From Octopus bimaculoides (taxonomy: Eukaryota): a stretch of DNA of 64,000 bases. Below, one piece after another: positions 11,151 through 23,512 of the stretch (position 1 is its first letter; every line of letters starts with the position of its first letter). The DNA lies in NCBI RefSeq assembly GCF_001194135.2, contig NC_068982.1, positions 136,689,008 through 136,753,007 of the forward strand, given 5' to 3'. The position numbers and the translations under genes are program-made. The notes beneath the pieces are model-generated. The model made no database searches, was not told the origin of the DNA, and saw only the letters and a program-made list of their open reading frames with translations.

Positions 11151-11459
11151 ACTAACATGTAGATATTGGATTATATCCTCTTGGCTAGAACGAATCGAAG
11201 ATATGATTTCGATCCCCACGGACAACCTTCGATGGTTCTCTCCCAAAAGGATTATTTGACCGATATTTATATGTTATTATTCATAGCTTTATCTTCTGCG
11301 AGTTTTAGTGTTAAAAACCAATAACTTCTCGTCTCTTGAAATTTCTAAATTCTTATGACATAAATCAAAGATGTTTATATTATTTGGAATGACCGATCTT
11401 TTAAATTAAGCACAACCACTCTTTCTTTACTACACACATACACACACACATATACTCAC

Positions 11460-11642
11460 ATTCAGAGGTGAACTCCACATAAGCCCAGACAAAATATGCT
11501 CGTACTCATATAGTGGTTTGTTCAGAGGAAGAAAGACCTCTCCACCAAAACATTTAAGGGATGCTCGAAACTGTTGAGAGGGAAGGAAATTATTCTTGGA
11601 GAAGTTATCCTCAAGAACACGAAGTTCCAATCCATTGTCCGT
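11460..11642 (-). CDS. Candidate internal coding exon (short form 11460-11570), unknown product
   Basis: Donor AAT|gtgagt at 11460/11459. Acceptor ttccttccctctcaacag| at 11570 (111 nt, phase 0/0) or tag| at 11642 (183 nt). Peptide TDNGLELRVLEDNFSKNNFLPSQQFRASLKCFGGEVFLPLNKPLYEYEHILSGLMWSSPLN. Confidence 0.4.
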
Positions 11643-12254
11643 CTATCGAATTTCCAAATTCTACTTAAAAGTTTGTGGTCGATCCGATCAAATTTATAAG
11701 ACACCGAAAGTGTGGCATTGTCATTACAGCCGTTTCATGTAAAATGTTCGGAGATAACAGAAGTTTGACGGAACTTGCCGAACATTTTACATCAAAGCGC
11801 TGTAACTTTGAGTAACACCTGAAAGTACACATTCTCAGAAAATACCCTGAGTCTACTGCATTTTCCGTCCTCAAAAGACATAGGGATTAATATATTTGAG
11901 TTGCTAACATCAATTCCTGGTGAAATGAATAAAATGACAGGCGAATCACATCACATTTACTCAAAACTTATTCATTAAGTGTTCTCTTTCCTGTTTTCTT
12001 TTTTCTGTCTTCGTTTTTCCTTTTAGCTTGTTACCTCAAGAAAACTCAAATTGGTGACGTCATTTTGTCTAAAAAAGAACACATGACATTCCTGTTCATA
12101 TTTTGAATTTCAGTATTTCTTTGTACTTTTCATTTTCCATTTTGAACGCGAGGAAGACAAACAGTCTGTTGAAATATTGTTCAATTAGTTCAATTCAATA
12201 ATCGGAGTGTATCGTTATATATTACAACTCGCAGCGAGCTCTTCTTATTGTTTG

Positions 12255-12306
<52 letters not shown>

Positions 12307-12352
12307 TGATGATGATGATGATGATGATAATGATGATGATGATGATGATGAT
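12255..12352. repeat. (AAT)n(GAT)n microsatellite
   Basis: Direct reading. Confidence 0.95.
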
Positions 12353-12888
12353 CTAAAACTGTGCGTTACAAATGATAAACAGCTGGAAACATTACTACAG
12401 AGAGTTCATGGATTTACTACTGAAATAAGCATGACATTTCGCTTAGAAAAATGTGCAAAAGTAACCTTGAAAACAGGAAAACTATTTAAGAGTAGCAGCA
12501 TCACATTAGATAAAACAAATGAAATAAGAGAATTAGACCAACGACTGACATAGAAATACTTAGGAATCAATGAACTAGATATGATACAACACGCACCAAC
12601 GAAAGAGAAGATAAGAAAACAATATTATAGACAAGTTAAATTAATAACGAAAACAGAGCTCAATGCGAAAAACAAGAGAATTGGAATCAACACTTTTGCC
12701 GTCCCAGTTGTAAGTTACAGTTACAAAAGTCTTAATTGGACTCTAAATGAACTAATCAAAATAGACAAGGGAACAAGAAAAATAATGACAGGATTTAGGA
12801 TGCACCACCCAAAATCTGACACAGAAAGGTTATATATAGAACGTATGGAATGCGGTAGAGGTTTTATACAGCTAGAAATCTATTACCT
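12345..12888 (+). mobile_element. R4/Dong-like LINE reverse transcriptase fragment
   Basis: DDLKLCVTNDKQLETLL..ISMTFRLEKCAKV..*KYLGINE..KIRKQYYRQVKLITKTELNAKNK..INTFAVPVVSYS..HHPKSDTERLYIERMECGRG; matches the recalled R4-clade RT motifs. Confidence 0.85.
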
Positions 12889-12914
12889 AAACCTAACCCT
12901 AACCCTAATATTTC

Positions 12915-13030
12915 ACAGGTATTGAATTTATCGAACTGGAAAGGGTGAAAAGTAAAGTTGGCCACGGCAGAATTTGAAGTTAGAACGTAATGACTAGAAG
13001 GAAATATCGCCAGGCATGTTGTCGCATACT
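12915..13030 (-). mobile_element. SINE family C fragment
   Basis: Reverse complement of TTACGTTCTAACTTCAAATTCTGCCGTGGCCAACTTTACTTTTCACCC. Confidence 0.55.
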
Positions 13031-13273
13031 ATACCGATGATAAGAAAGATTTCTCTCAAAAACACTAAATATACACACAATTAAGTTATCGGAGTAGGTA
13101 TATGAGGTCATATTCCCCAAAATTCTCCTAGTTCTTGACTGGGGCTTTATTTCGTCAATTCATGAACGATGAAATGTAAAATCAATCCTACCGGAATTTG
13201 AACATGCAACATAGATGTAATCAAATAACTGAAATGACACAGGTAATTAATGCAGCAGAATTAATTACATTAT

Positions 13274-13480
13274 AGGAGTGAGCCGGTAGAATCCTGAAAG
13301 CGTCAAGGAAAAATGCCTAGCAGTATTTCTTCCGGGTTTTACATTATGTGTTCATTAGGTCATTACCTTTCAGTATTCCGGGTTCGATAGGAATGCTTTA
13401 TGAGTCAGGTAGTGGGATCTGTGTAACCGACTAATTCTCCTTTCCAAAATGTCAGACCTTGTGCCTATATCAGAGACAAT
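13274..13480 (+). mobile_element. SINE family C, strongly decayed
   Basis: GTGAGCCGGTAGAATC..AAATGCCTAGCAGTATTTC..CCTTGTGCCTA. Confidence 0.5.
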
Positions 13481-14149
13481 TGGTTATACGTGAACGTTAT
13501 TGATACCAGAGTTATCTCTCCGTTGCTGAAGTAAAATTGTGAAACGTCTTATGTCTTAATGTTGACACTTTGATCAGTGGCAGCTCAAAGCTGAATACAA
13601 CTTTTATGCGGAAAAGTAAGGCATGGTAGGAATCTTCTCAAAGAAAATTGCATGAGTCTAAGAAAACTTTTCATTAGGTGCATGACGGTGGTAGAACAAT
13701 AACAAAAGAAATGTTTTTCATTAGTTTAGATGAGACGTTTATCACTTAATCTTTCATGAACATTTTATTGTTTATTTTGATACTTTATTGTTCTTGGCAA
13801 TTAGTATTATCTTTGTTCTTTTCTATTTGCGGGTCGATAGATAATCAAGTGAGATTTTCGTTGTGAGATTAAATACCAGAATTACGTAACCGCAGTATTA
13901 AGGGTAATATTATGTCCTAATCGAATGCCTTCTTGTGAAACATTTTAGTGTAGCGTCAGGAATGGAAGCTATTTCAAAAGAGTTCTTCTATTCTGCACAT
14001 CTTGCACCGACCGACATGCGATTCTGTGTTGTCACACGTACAGACACGATGCTCAACTACGCGCAAAATATCCTGATAGTTGTACTAAACCCATAGTTCA
14101 ATAGCTATGCTATAAAGTGTTTCATTTCTTTTCAAAATCACATACATAT

Positions 14150-14224
14150 ATGTATACATATATGCATACATACATACATACATACATACATACATACATA
14201 CATGCATACATACACACATACATA
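14150..14224. repeat. (TACA)n microsatellite
   Basis: Direct reading. Confidence 0.9.
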
Positions 14225-14990
14225 CAGTACCGTGCAAAAGTCTTCGGTCACCTTGAACTATGTAAATTTCTACTAATTGCCGACTTGTAAGTGAATGTTT
14301 TCCATTGCGTTTTTTACAGATGAAACATTGATCCTGTTGGAGTCATTTCCATACCTAATTATTATACTTGCCCGTATGAATTTTGAATGAGATGGGAAGA
14401 TGCGAGACGACAAGCAAAAATAACCGTGCAAAAGTTTTCGGTCATGACACATAAACCAATCAAAATACAGTATTCTCAAATAGAAAAATGACATAATGAA
14501 AATTTATTACAAAATGTTCATTTCAAGAAGTTACTATTTGTTAATATTTCATGTGGCTTGCATTAGCTTGAATAATTACTTCGATGCGCCTGGGAAGAGA
14601 TGCGTACAAATATGGGAGCTCAGCCACAGAAAATGGCATCTCATACCTGTAAAGATAGTGAAGGATTTGTACGCATCTCTACACAGGCATATTGAAGCAA
14701 TTATTCAAACTAAGGGAAATCACACGAAATATTAACAATGTACAGTAATTCTTGCAATGAACATTATGTAAGAAATTTTCATTATAGACATTTTCCCGTT
14801 TTAAAGCACTGTATCTTGATTGGTCTATGTGAGGTGCCTGAAAACGTCTGCGCGGCCATTTTTGGTTGTCGTGTCGTCTCGCATCTTACCCTCTCATTTA
14901 GAACCCTTACTACAAAATATAATGATTAGGTATAGAAATGACTCTAACAGGGCCAATGATTCGTGTGTAAAATACAATGCGAAACATCCA
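14225..14990 (+). mobile_element. Internally deleted Tc1-like element with long inverted repeats
   Basis: Starts TA|CAGTACCGTGCAAAAGT. 14295-14425 is inverted at about 14855-14990. Transposase C-terminal relic LYASLHRHIEAIIQTKGNHTKY* ends at 14735 (cf. Tc1 SMPRRLEAVIKAKGGHTKY). Confidence 0.75.
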
Positions 14991-15082
14991 GTTGGCAGTT
15001 AAGAGAAATTCAAAATAGTTAATAATGATTGTTATAATCCAAAGATAAACATGATAAATAATAGTTATATTAATATTAATGT

Positions 15083-15480
15083 CTTTCAACATTACCTCTC
15101 CTGGCCCACATGATCCACCCTGGGTTAATCAAGCCCCAGCTTGTATCCCGATAGCAGTAAATCACTGGTCTGTCTTTAGCCAAAGTTACCAAGAAGCTAT
15201 CCATCTCTGCAGCTTCAGTAATAGAATTTATCGCCATCTTTGCTGCACCAGTGCCTCCAAACCCAGTCAAAGCTTTGCATAATGAACGCCTACAAAACCT
15301 CGACAGCCCACTCCTATTGCCTCGCAAAGTGCTTGTTATGCTGTATTTCTGCATTGCTCTACAAGCTGCTCGTCTCAAACAAACTTCTTTTCTATGAACT
15401 TCCTTTATGTGTTCCTGCAAGGGTAAATCAGTTCCCATTTGATCACCAGTTTGGTAGAATTTGTGAAGATCACTATGTCT
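15083..15480 (-). mobile_element. Hero-like (RLE endonuclease) LINE 3' fragment
   Basis: DIVIFTNSTKLVI.WEL, EHIKEVH, FCRRSLCKALTGFGGTGAAKMAINSITEAAE; 3' UTR GCTGGGGCTTGATTAACCCAGGGTGG..GTTGAAAGAC. Confidence 0.8.
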
Positions 15481-15869
15481 AAATTGGTACCATGTGGTCT
15501 GAGAACTTTAACAATTTCACCAGATATCTTCTCATTTACTCTCAGCTAGGGAAGTGGAAAGTACCAGTAATGATCATTGAAGTATGTATGTATGCTTAAG
15601 GTGCGAGGGATATTTGAGGACATTTAATTATCAGTATATTACTCTCATCAAATTAAATATTTTAATCTATTTCATATGCGTTGTTACATTTCATTTTCAA
15701 TAATGCACCGCCCTTGGTTGGTTCTCTCATTGACCTTGAAAAGATGAAAGGCAAAATTGACCTCGGCCAGATCTGATCTCAGAGTGCAGGAAGTCGTAAC
15801 TATCTAGTTGGGGTTCCATTTATTTTTTAACCACTGAAATGAACTCCAGTAATATGCTATTGTTGAATC

Positions 15870-16660
15870 GATTGACTTTTCTCTTCTTTTCTTACCCAAG
15901 GCATGCCTTAGACCTATAAGGTAATTCTTTATTCTTTGGTTCCTGCTAATTGCTGATAAGCACAGTTGATTCTCTGTTGTAACATTCTAACTTCTGTATT
16001 GTTGTTAGTTTCTTTGACAAAGAATATAAATGTTGATCAATAGCATTTCCTCTCCTTATAAATCTGAGGATATGTACCTATGTAAGAAATCACTTGTTAA
16101 GTTAATGACACCATAGAATATTCAGAGAATTGTCTGAATTAATTTAATGCTAATTCACCGTGATTCCGTTTTTTAACATATTCCGTTCACGTATTTGTTG
16201 AGGCGAGTATTGCCAGTGGTTGTCTGTATCTTTTTTTCAATCGAACCGAATTTCTCATGTGACCAGTGCAATAATATTGATATTCATTCTGCAAATTTAA
16301 TTGCATTGTAAAGTATTGGTGGTTTTTTTTATTTCCTCATACAACAATAGTTCCATTTATCAGAACTTTCCAATTCTTTTGTGATATATAAGCTCTCTAA
16401 ATTTAAGTTCATACAAAGCAGGATATTTATAACTTTTGTTATTTATAAGTTAAAGAATAAAACACCAAGTGTGGAGATTGCTTTGTCTGTCCTTACAACT
16501 ATCTGAAGATAATTGTCATATATAGAGTAAATTGTATTTATATTGAAATCTCTTATAAAGCCTATTGGTGATTTTGGCTCCCTGTGTGACACCTTTATGA
16601 CTTTTCTAGTTCTGTTATCAATATGGCACCTCAGGTAAGTCCTTATCTTTTTCTATGTTG
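15870..16660 (-). mobile_element. Very decayed R4/Dong-like LINE remnant
   Basis: HREPKSPIGFIRDFNINT resembles HEPE..LWDFNIQT; the rest is barely readable. Confidence 0.35.
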
Positions 16661-17199
16661 CTTTCTGTCATGATTACAAACATAATTGTGTATTTACTGA
16701 TTTTTTTCCGCTTTATTTTGTGTGTGTGGTTTTAAATAATCTTTTGTTGATCGCAGTCGGATCAGTTCTTTCAACTGTTGAGCTTTATTTTTTATTACCA
16801 AATTTTTATCAGTTTTATTTCCTTAACTGAGATCATCCTTTCCTTTATTACATTTTTGTGAGTGGGGCGTATTTTTAACATTTTGTATGTGTAATCCCCA
16901 AAACATTCTAATCCGTAAATATTGTCAATAGTACTTTTAAATGTATACAGTAGCAAACACCTTCTACCGTCATCTTAAGATCACACTATCGTCTTATAAT
17001 CAAATTACTTTTAAAACAAAGTTCTAATTTTCTTATACTTTGACAGACATTCTCTAAAACAGTACTTTGTACAAAACCAAAAATATGACACCGTAATCAT
17101 AACACCAACTTATAACTTGTTATCTCCTGAGGTAAGACTTGGAGTCGACTTGAACAAATACAAAGCAAAAGCTAAACATAGAAAGCAAGATCTGTGTTG

Positions 17200-18106
17200 T
17201 CAATGAGAAGAACAGTCTGGGATAGAACAATATAATACTTACCAAAAACGTGATGCACCCACAAACGTTTAAAAAACGAGATGAAGAAGAAAGTGTAAAC
17301 AACTGGAAAATGAAACCACTGCATAGGCAATACCTCAGAGAAATCGAAGTAGAAGACAAGATAAACACTTGGAGATGGCTAAGAAAGAGTGATCTGAAGA
17401 GATGCACTGAGGCATTGATATGCAGCGCGCAGGAACAAGCTCTGAGAACTAACTACACAAAGTTCCAAATAGATAAGAATAGCGAATCACTCCTTTGTAG
17501 GATGTGCGGCAGTTGAAACAAAACTATTTCACATATTGTGAGTGAGCGTAGTAAGGTGGCCTAAAAGCACTTCAAAAAGAGGCATGATAATATGGCTAAG
17601 TTTATCCACTGGAGGCTATGCGAAGAGTACAGTCTGAAAAGAGCACGGAGATGGTACGAACATGAACCAGAAGGAGTCACCGAGAATAAGAAACTTAAGA
17701 TACTGTGGTTTTTTTGCAATCCAATGTGACTCGCTAAGCGAGGGTCGGAAACCACATATTTTGTGGTAGATAAAAGAAAAAAGGTAGAACCCAAGATCAT
17801 AGATATTGCAGTACCAGGAGATACACATGCATAAGTGACAAAGAACTAGAAAGATTGAAAAGTACAGACTACTGAAAGACGAAATTCCAAGAATGCGGAC
17901 TATGAGGAGAGTGTCTGTCATTCCAGTAGTTGTAGAGACACTCAGAGCACTAACAACCAAGTTCAATTTTGAGATTGGTACTTTGATGTTGAATGTCTCC
18001 CACGATAATTAACAACCAAGTATCAAAGCTTATAATGTGCGGAAAGAGACCCTGTCCGTTCCACAGAATCTACCTGAACAAACAAGACCGAGCGCTCTGA
18101 GAAGTA

Positions 18107-18142
<36 letters not shown>

Positions 18143-18155
18143 AATAATAATAATG

Positions 18156-18210
<55 letters not shown>

Positions 18211-18400
18211 AATGTTACTTCCATTTTTCATGCGTTTACAGTGTGACTAAAAGTTTACTCGGCGTTCTTTATATTAAAAAGCCCAGTTTAGTACAGCTCC
18301 AGAAAAGAGTATTATTAGGGACATCTAGGATACTTAGGAGGGTTCTTGGCATCTAAGGTTACTTGTAACCTGATGTTAGGATTCTTTTCTTTTCCAACAG
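17200..18400 (+). mobile_element. R4/Dong-like LINE C-terminus (CCHC plus PD-D/ExK endonuclease), interrupted at about 17965-18280
   Basis: WKMKPLHRQYLRE..TWRWLRKSDLKRCTEALICSAQEQALRTNY..CRMCG..TISHIVS..KRHDNMAKFIHWRLC..WYEHEPEGVTEN..IIDIAVPGD..KIEKY; resumes as LQKRVLLGTSRILRRVLGI* at 18356. Confidence 0.9.
18105..18210. repeat. (AAC)n(AAT)n microsatellite
   Basis: Direct reading. Confidence 0.95.
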
Positions 18401-18447
18401 TCTAATATGTTGTGTGTATATGAAAATTATAAAGCCAAACGTTTATA

Positions 18448-18491
18448 ATGACGACGACGACGACGACGATGACGACGACGACAACGACGAC

Positions 18492-18520
<29 letters not shown>
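18448..18520. repeat. (GAC)n(GAT)n microsatellite
   Basis: Direct reading. Confidence 0.95.
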
Positions 18521-18522
<2 letters not shown>

Positions 18523-19699
18523 GCTCTACAACTTATCAAACGGCAGTCGGGAAGCTGTTCCTACTCATGTCGCCGATTTTAAAGTACCATGGAGAGGAGA
18601 TTTTAAAGATTTTTTTATCATGTGGCTGACTGGGTAACAGAACTTGGTTCACCTGCAAAAATACCTTGGCAAGCAGTAATTCTTATTTTATTATTTACAA
18701 CTTTAAAAAAGAAACTGTTATTCACGAACAAGCGTCCATGTCGTGGTATAGAATGAGTTCTACTACAAAGTAACTTCCATTGGTTATGCGTTTACAGTGA
18801 GATTAATAGTTTAGTTGGTGCTCTTAATATTAATTTATTTAACAGGAAGCACACGCTTCTAGTGGCGATCGATATTTTTTCACTTCTTTTGTCTATGGTG
18901 TATTTGTATTGTTACCAAAAAACGCAACCATTGTACGAAAAAACGTCAACGATATATTCACGAATTATTCTTGTCGCTATAGACATTTTTTATGATTTTG
19001 TACTGTAAATCTTTTTTTGCCATATCCGTAATCATGACTGTCTAAATCATATTTAGATAAGAAAAAAATTGTGTCTGTATTTATGATGCATATACTATAT
19101 ACATTTGCTGGTGATCGACATATGACCACACAGTATAAATGCTATAAAGCTTTTAAAACTAACAATGCATACAGCAATGCAGCTAGTGATATTAGTATCG
19201 GTGAATTCATAATCATGATTATTTCTTTAATTACAAGAACATTATGCATGATGTTTAAAATAAACCTGAGTATATATTTAGCACGTTCGAGTGCACTCAG
19301 AAGTAAAAATCCTGGAAATGTTTCGGAGAAAAATCTGCTGATAGACTATGTGTGTAAAATCATATCGATTTGTGCCATACGTAATGTCACTAGATTGAGA
19401 GACACTAGCTTCAGCGTGGCTACGCTTCATTAGTAACACGCATCACTTCCTTCATTTCTAACTCAAGGAAAACAGCCATTTTTATGTGTAAACAGCAAAA
19501 AATACATTTGCAGTGGTGTACAAAACTTTGTCATACTGAAGTTAGTTAATTATCATCACCCCAAAAAGAGACAATTTATACAAAGATGTGTACACACGGA
19601 AATACCCAATAAGTTTACGATGCGTTTTGCATCTAACTATCCTATGGTGTGTGTTTAAAATGCCATTCCAGATTCCCACCAGTATTAATGAACCAATTT

Positions 19700-20010
19700 T
19701 CTCATGAATGTCTCTGATGCCTGAAGCAGTTCTGTCTCAGCTGAGGCATATGCAGTTACTGGCCTGAATGCACCACCTCTGCTGCTGCTAGGACTCACTA
19801 TCACCGACTTACTTTTATCGTCCGTAATTCAAAGTTCAAACTATTCTAAAACAACATGCCACCTCACCATTCAGTTTTGGTCGGCGAGGACTCACATGGG
19901 TGCCTGCATTCCAGAAACTCTGGTCTCATTGATGGCTAACCCGACAACATTTAATGTATTGGTGTCATTCGCCAGTTTCCATCCCCTCCCCATGTCCTTT
20001 CCTTCTCACA
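19700..20010 (-). mobile_element. Possible RTE-like LINE AP-endonuclease relic
   Basis: LANDTNTLNVVGLAINETRVSG resembles the xxIxALSETR motif; multiple stops. Confidence 0.4.
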
Positions 20011-21486
20011 AGAATTTTTAAGTGTACGGTTGATATATGCGCTTTTGTCGTTTCTAATGGTGTTAGTGTTGTTCTGGAAGATAGATTTCAACAAGTCTTC
20101 ATGTTTCAATATTAGTGGTAGTAGTCCTCATGGCTGTCTTGGCTGGGGTTTTAATTATTGTATCGTTGCTAAGATTAATGCTGATGTTGTTGTAGCTGTT
20201 ATTGCTGTTCGTCTTCATCTTGACATGGCTATGATGTTCGCAGTAACATATCTGAAGACAAACAGTTTTGTAGTAGTCGATGCTACTGCACGTAGCTTCT
20301 CAGCGCAATTATGATCAGATCATCTTTCCCCTCGCTAAAGGAAATCATAGATCTTAAATTTATTTTCCGTGGAGAACAGCATCTATAATCTTATTTTGAG
20401 ATCCGACTAGTTATTTGTGAGGTGGCAACTTCTTCATATTCGCCTAAGATTATGATGAAGTACATTATATAATCTTTCTAGAGCCATATTTCTTAAGGTC
20501 AATATACTTCACATAAAGCAGCAATAATATACATTCCCCGTAGAAGTATTTATCTATAAATATTAATCGATTCTTCATTTCATTATAGTCAACTCCACAC
20601 ATCCTTCATACATTTTTCAGTTCGTATTCGTGTAGAGTTCTTTCCTGGCTTTTACGCTGACGCCTCTGTAGCAAGGTCCTTCTTCGAATGACTTTTCCTT
20701 TTACGACAAGGTAACATAAGCTTCCATACATAAGCTAGGGTGAAGTCTAATTATTCCCTTGAGAGCATAGAGAAACATAATCGGATTATGACATTGCAAA
20801 ATAGGCAACTAACTTATCTACTTTCTTATCCTTGGATGAAAAGTTTTGTTAAAGAAGTCTCTTCTTTTACAAAAATTTGGCAAGCGAAATTTCTTTTTTT
20901 CTTCCCTAAGTAATTTACTTTGAAAGACGGCTTGTCGCTTGAAACACTTCTTTCACCGTTTAGCAACAATTTATATTGTTGTAACTGCTGTTACTTTTGT
21001 TCATGTGGTGCAAGTTTGCGTTTTCCAATATTAAGCTGTAATTATCTGTACTTGAATACTGCATATATGTTTCATTGTCATATTTCCCGAATATATTATT
21101 AAAAAAAATTATCTTCTTTTGAATTTTTTTCACGTGTTGGAAGATTAAATATCAGTTTCGTTCCAGACAGATGTATAAGTGCTACTCTCTCGCCTGTCAG
21201 TAACTCTTACTGCTCCTCTAGTGGAGGAAGCCATATTGGAAATGTTTGTCAAAATGAAAATTCCGGAAAAAAGTTCACAAGTGCTGAATAAAACACTTTC
21301 TAGTTAACTCAGGAATAGGAAAGGACTTAAGAACGACCCAACGACCCTTATTTGATGAATAATAGAAAAAGTAATAATGTTTGTCCAATAAAAGTTGTTA
21401 ATAATCCAAATATTCCTGGAAGACATTTACGACGCCCTCATACGCTATGAACTCAAAGAACGTCACCAAAAAAGGCAAGAGCAAAA

Positions 21487-21821
21487 CGAAGAAGAAGAAG
21501 AAGAAGAAGAAGAAGAACAACAACAACAACAACAACAACAAGGAGGAGGAGAAGAAGGAGGAGGAGGAGAAGAAGGAAAAGAAGAAGGAGGAGAAGAAGA
21601 AGTAGAAGAAGAAGAAGAAGAAGAAGAAGAAGAAGAAGAAGAAGAAGAAGAAGAAGAAGGAGGAGGAAGAGAAGAAGAAGAAGAAGAAGAAGAAGAAGAA
21701 GAAGAAGAAGAAGAAGAAGAAGAAGAAGAAAAAGGAGGAGGAAGAGAAGAGGAAGAAGAAGAAGAAGAAGAAGAAGAAGAAGAAGAAGAAGAAGAAGAAG
21801 AAGAAGAAGAAGAAGAAGAAA
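21487..21821. repeat. Long (GAA)n compound microsatellite with (CAA)n and (GGA)n patches
   Basis: Direct reading; explains the poly-E and poly-S ORFs. Confidence 0.95.
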
Positions 21822-21841
21822 GTAATAACAGAAACATAAAG

Positions 21842-21928
21842 GGCGGCGAGCTAGCAGAAACGTTAGCGCGCCTGGCGAAATGCTTAGTGGTATTTCGTCT
21901 GCTGCTACGTTCTGAGTTCAAATTCCGA
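21842..21928 (+). mobile_element. SINE family C head only
   Basis: GGGCGGCGAGCTAGCAGAAACGTTAGCG..GTTCTGAGTTCAAATTCCG, then homology stops. Confidence 0.8.
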
Positions 21929-22044
21929 TGCATACACAGTCATCTTTGACGATGTCCGGCAAAAGCGTCTCTGGAATGATTAGCCTGCCGTCACACACAG
22001 ACACAAAAAAGCCAGCTGTCTCCTCTCTTTGCGCTTTATATATA

Positions 22045-22229
22045 TATAATTTAGGGTTTCTAAGAGATACCACCACGCTGGAAATAGCAGTCAAAGCTTG
22101 ACTCTATAACCACATTTTTGTCTCTTCGTCTTCTCTCTTGGTGCTATATGAACATTTAATGTGGTTTTAGAGTCAAGCTTTGACTGATATTTCCAGCGTG
22201 GTGGTATCTCTTAGATACTCTAAATTATA
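22045..22229. mobile_element. MITE-like hairpin with about 72-bp inverted arms
   Basis: 22045-22116 versus 22158-22229 (CTAAGAGATACCACCACGCTGGAAAT..CAGTCAAAGCTTGACTCTA); TA-rich ends. Confidence 0.8.
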
Positions 22230-22432
22230 ATTTTAAATAATTATTTCCTTTGATGGTTTTTATTCCCATGCTGGGCACTTGATAAAATCGGTATTTGAAT
22301 ATCGATCTTATCCTTATTTATACATATATATATATATATATAACCTAATAAATACAGTATATATTTTCATGAGACATGAAGACAACTCAGACAGAAAATC
22401 GTATCTTTATTTTAGATCTCACCTTATGAAAC

Positions 22433-22522
22433 TGACAATTGTTTAAATTGCATTAACACAAACACATACATACATATATATGTGTATGTGTGTGTGTGTT
22501 AATGCAATTTAAACAATTGTCA
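22433..22522. repeat. Palindrome with perfect 28-bp arms
   Basis: tgacaattgtttaaattgcattaacaca (22433-22460) and its exact reverse complement (22495-22522). Confidence 0.9.
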
Positions 22523-23285
22523 ATATATATATATAAATGTATATGTTAATGCAATGTATATGTTGTGCACACATACATGTACACACAGACTCATACACAT
22601 ACACACACGCATATATNNNNNNNNNNNNNNNNNNNNNNNNNNNNNNNNNNNNNNNNNNNNNNNNNNNNNNNNNNNNNNNNNNNNNNNNNNNNNNNNNNNN
22701 NNNNNNNNNNNNNNNNNNNNNNNNNNNNNNNNNNNNNNNNNNNNNNNNNNNNNNNNNNNNNNNNNNNNNNNNNNNNNNNNNNNNGTATGTATGTATGTAT
22801 ATGTTAATGCAATTGAAACAAATGGCGGTTTTAATAGGCGAGATCTAAACTAAGATACCATTTTCTTCGAACGTATTTTTTGTTGTTCAATATCCTGGGA
22901 TTTTATTCTACATACATTTACTGTTATCTGTTTGTTGAGCATTTAATCAAATTCCTTAAATAATGGGTGCTTTACTGATGTGTGCCTGGAAGTTTTTAAT
23001 CCCATTTCTTCTCTCTTTCTCTTTCTCTCTCCCTCTGAAATAAACAATATTTGTAAACAAGCACGGAAGGATTTGTAAGTTATGTTTACAAATAGTATAC
23101 GTACTACTATATATCAACTAAATTCGGCTGAAATTGATGGGTGAGCGTTTGGCCGAATCGGATGCACAAGAGGCCTTGTTAGCGTTTATTTGTGGGTTTG
23201 ATTCTGGCTAGAGTTACCTCATCCATTTTCAGTCAAACTGTCGCTAAAATCGGATATTATGGTATTACTATGATATACTTTTATA

Positions 23286-23462
23286 GGCGCAGGAGGGGCT
23301 GTGTGGTAAGTAGCTTGCTTACCAGCCACATGGTTTCGGGTTCAGTCCCATTGCGTGGCACCTTGAGCAAGTGTCTTCTACTATAGCCTCGGGCCGACCA
23401 AAGCCTTGTGAGTGGATTTGGTAGACGGAAACTGAAAGAATCCCGTTGTATATATGTATATG

Positions 23463-23512
<50 letters not shown>

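Noticed and set aside
21395-21949. 184-aa poly-Glu ORF and antisense poly-Ser ORF
   Set aside because: Translation of a (GAA)n microsatellite running into a SINE head.
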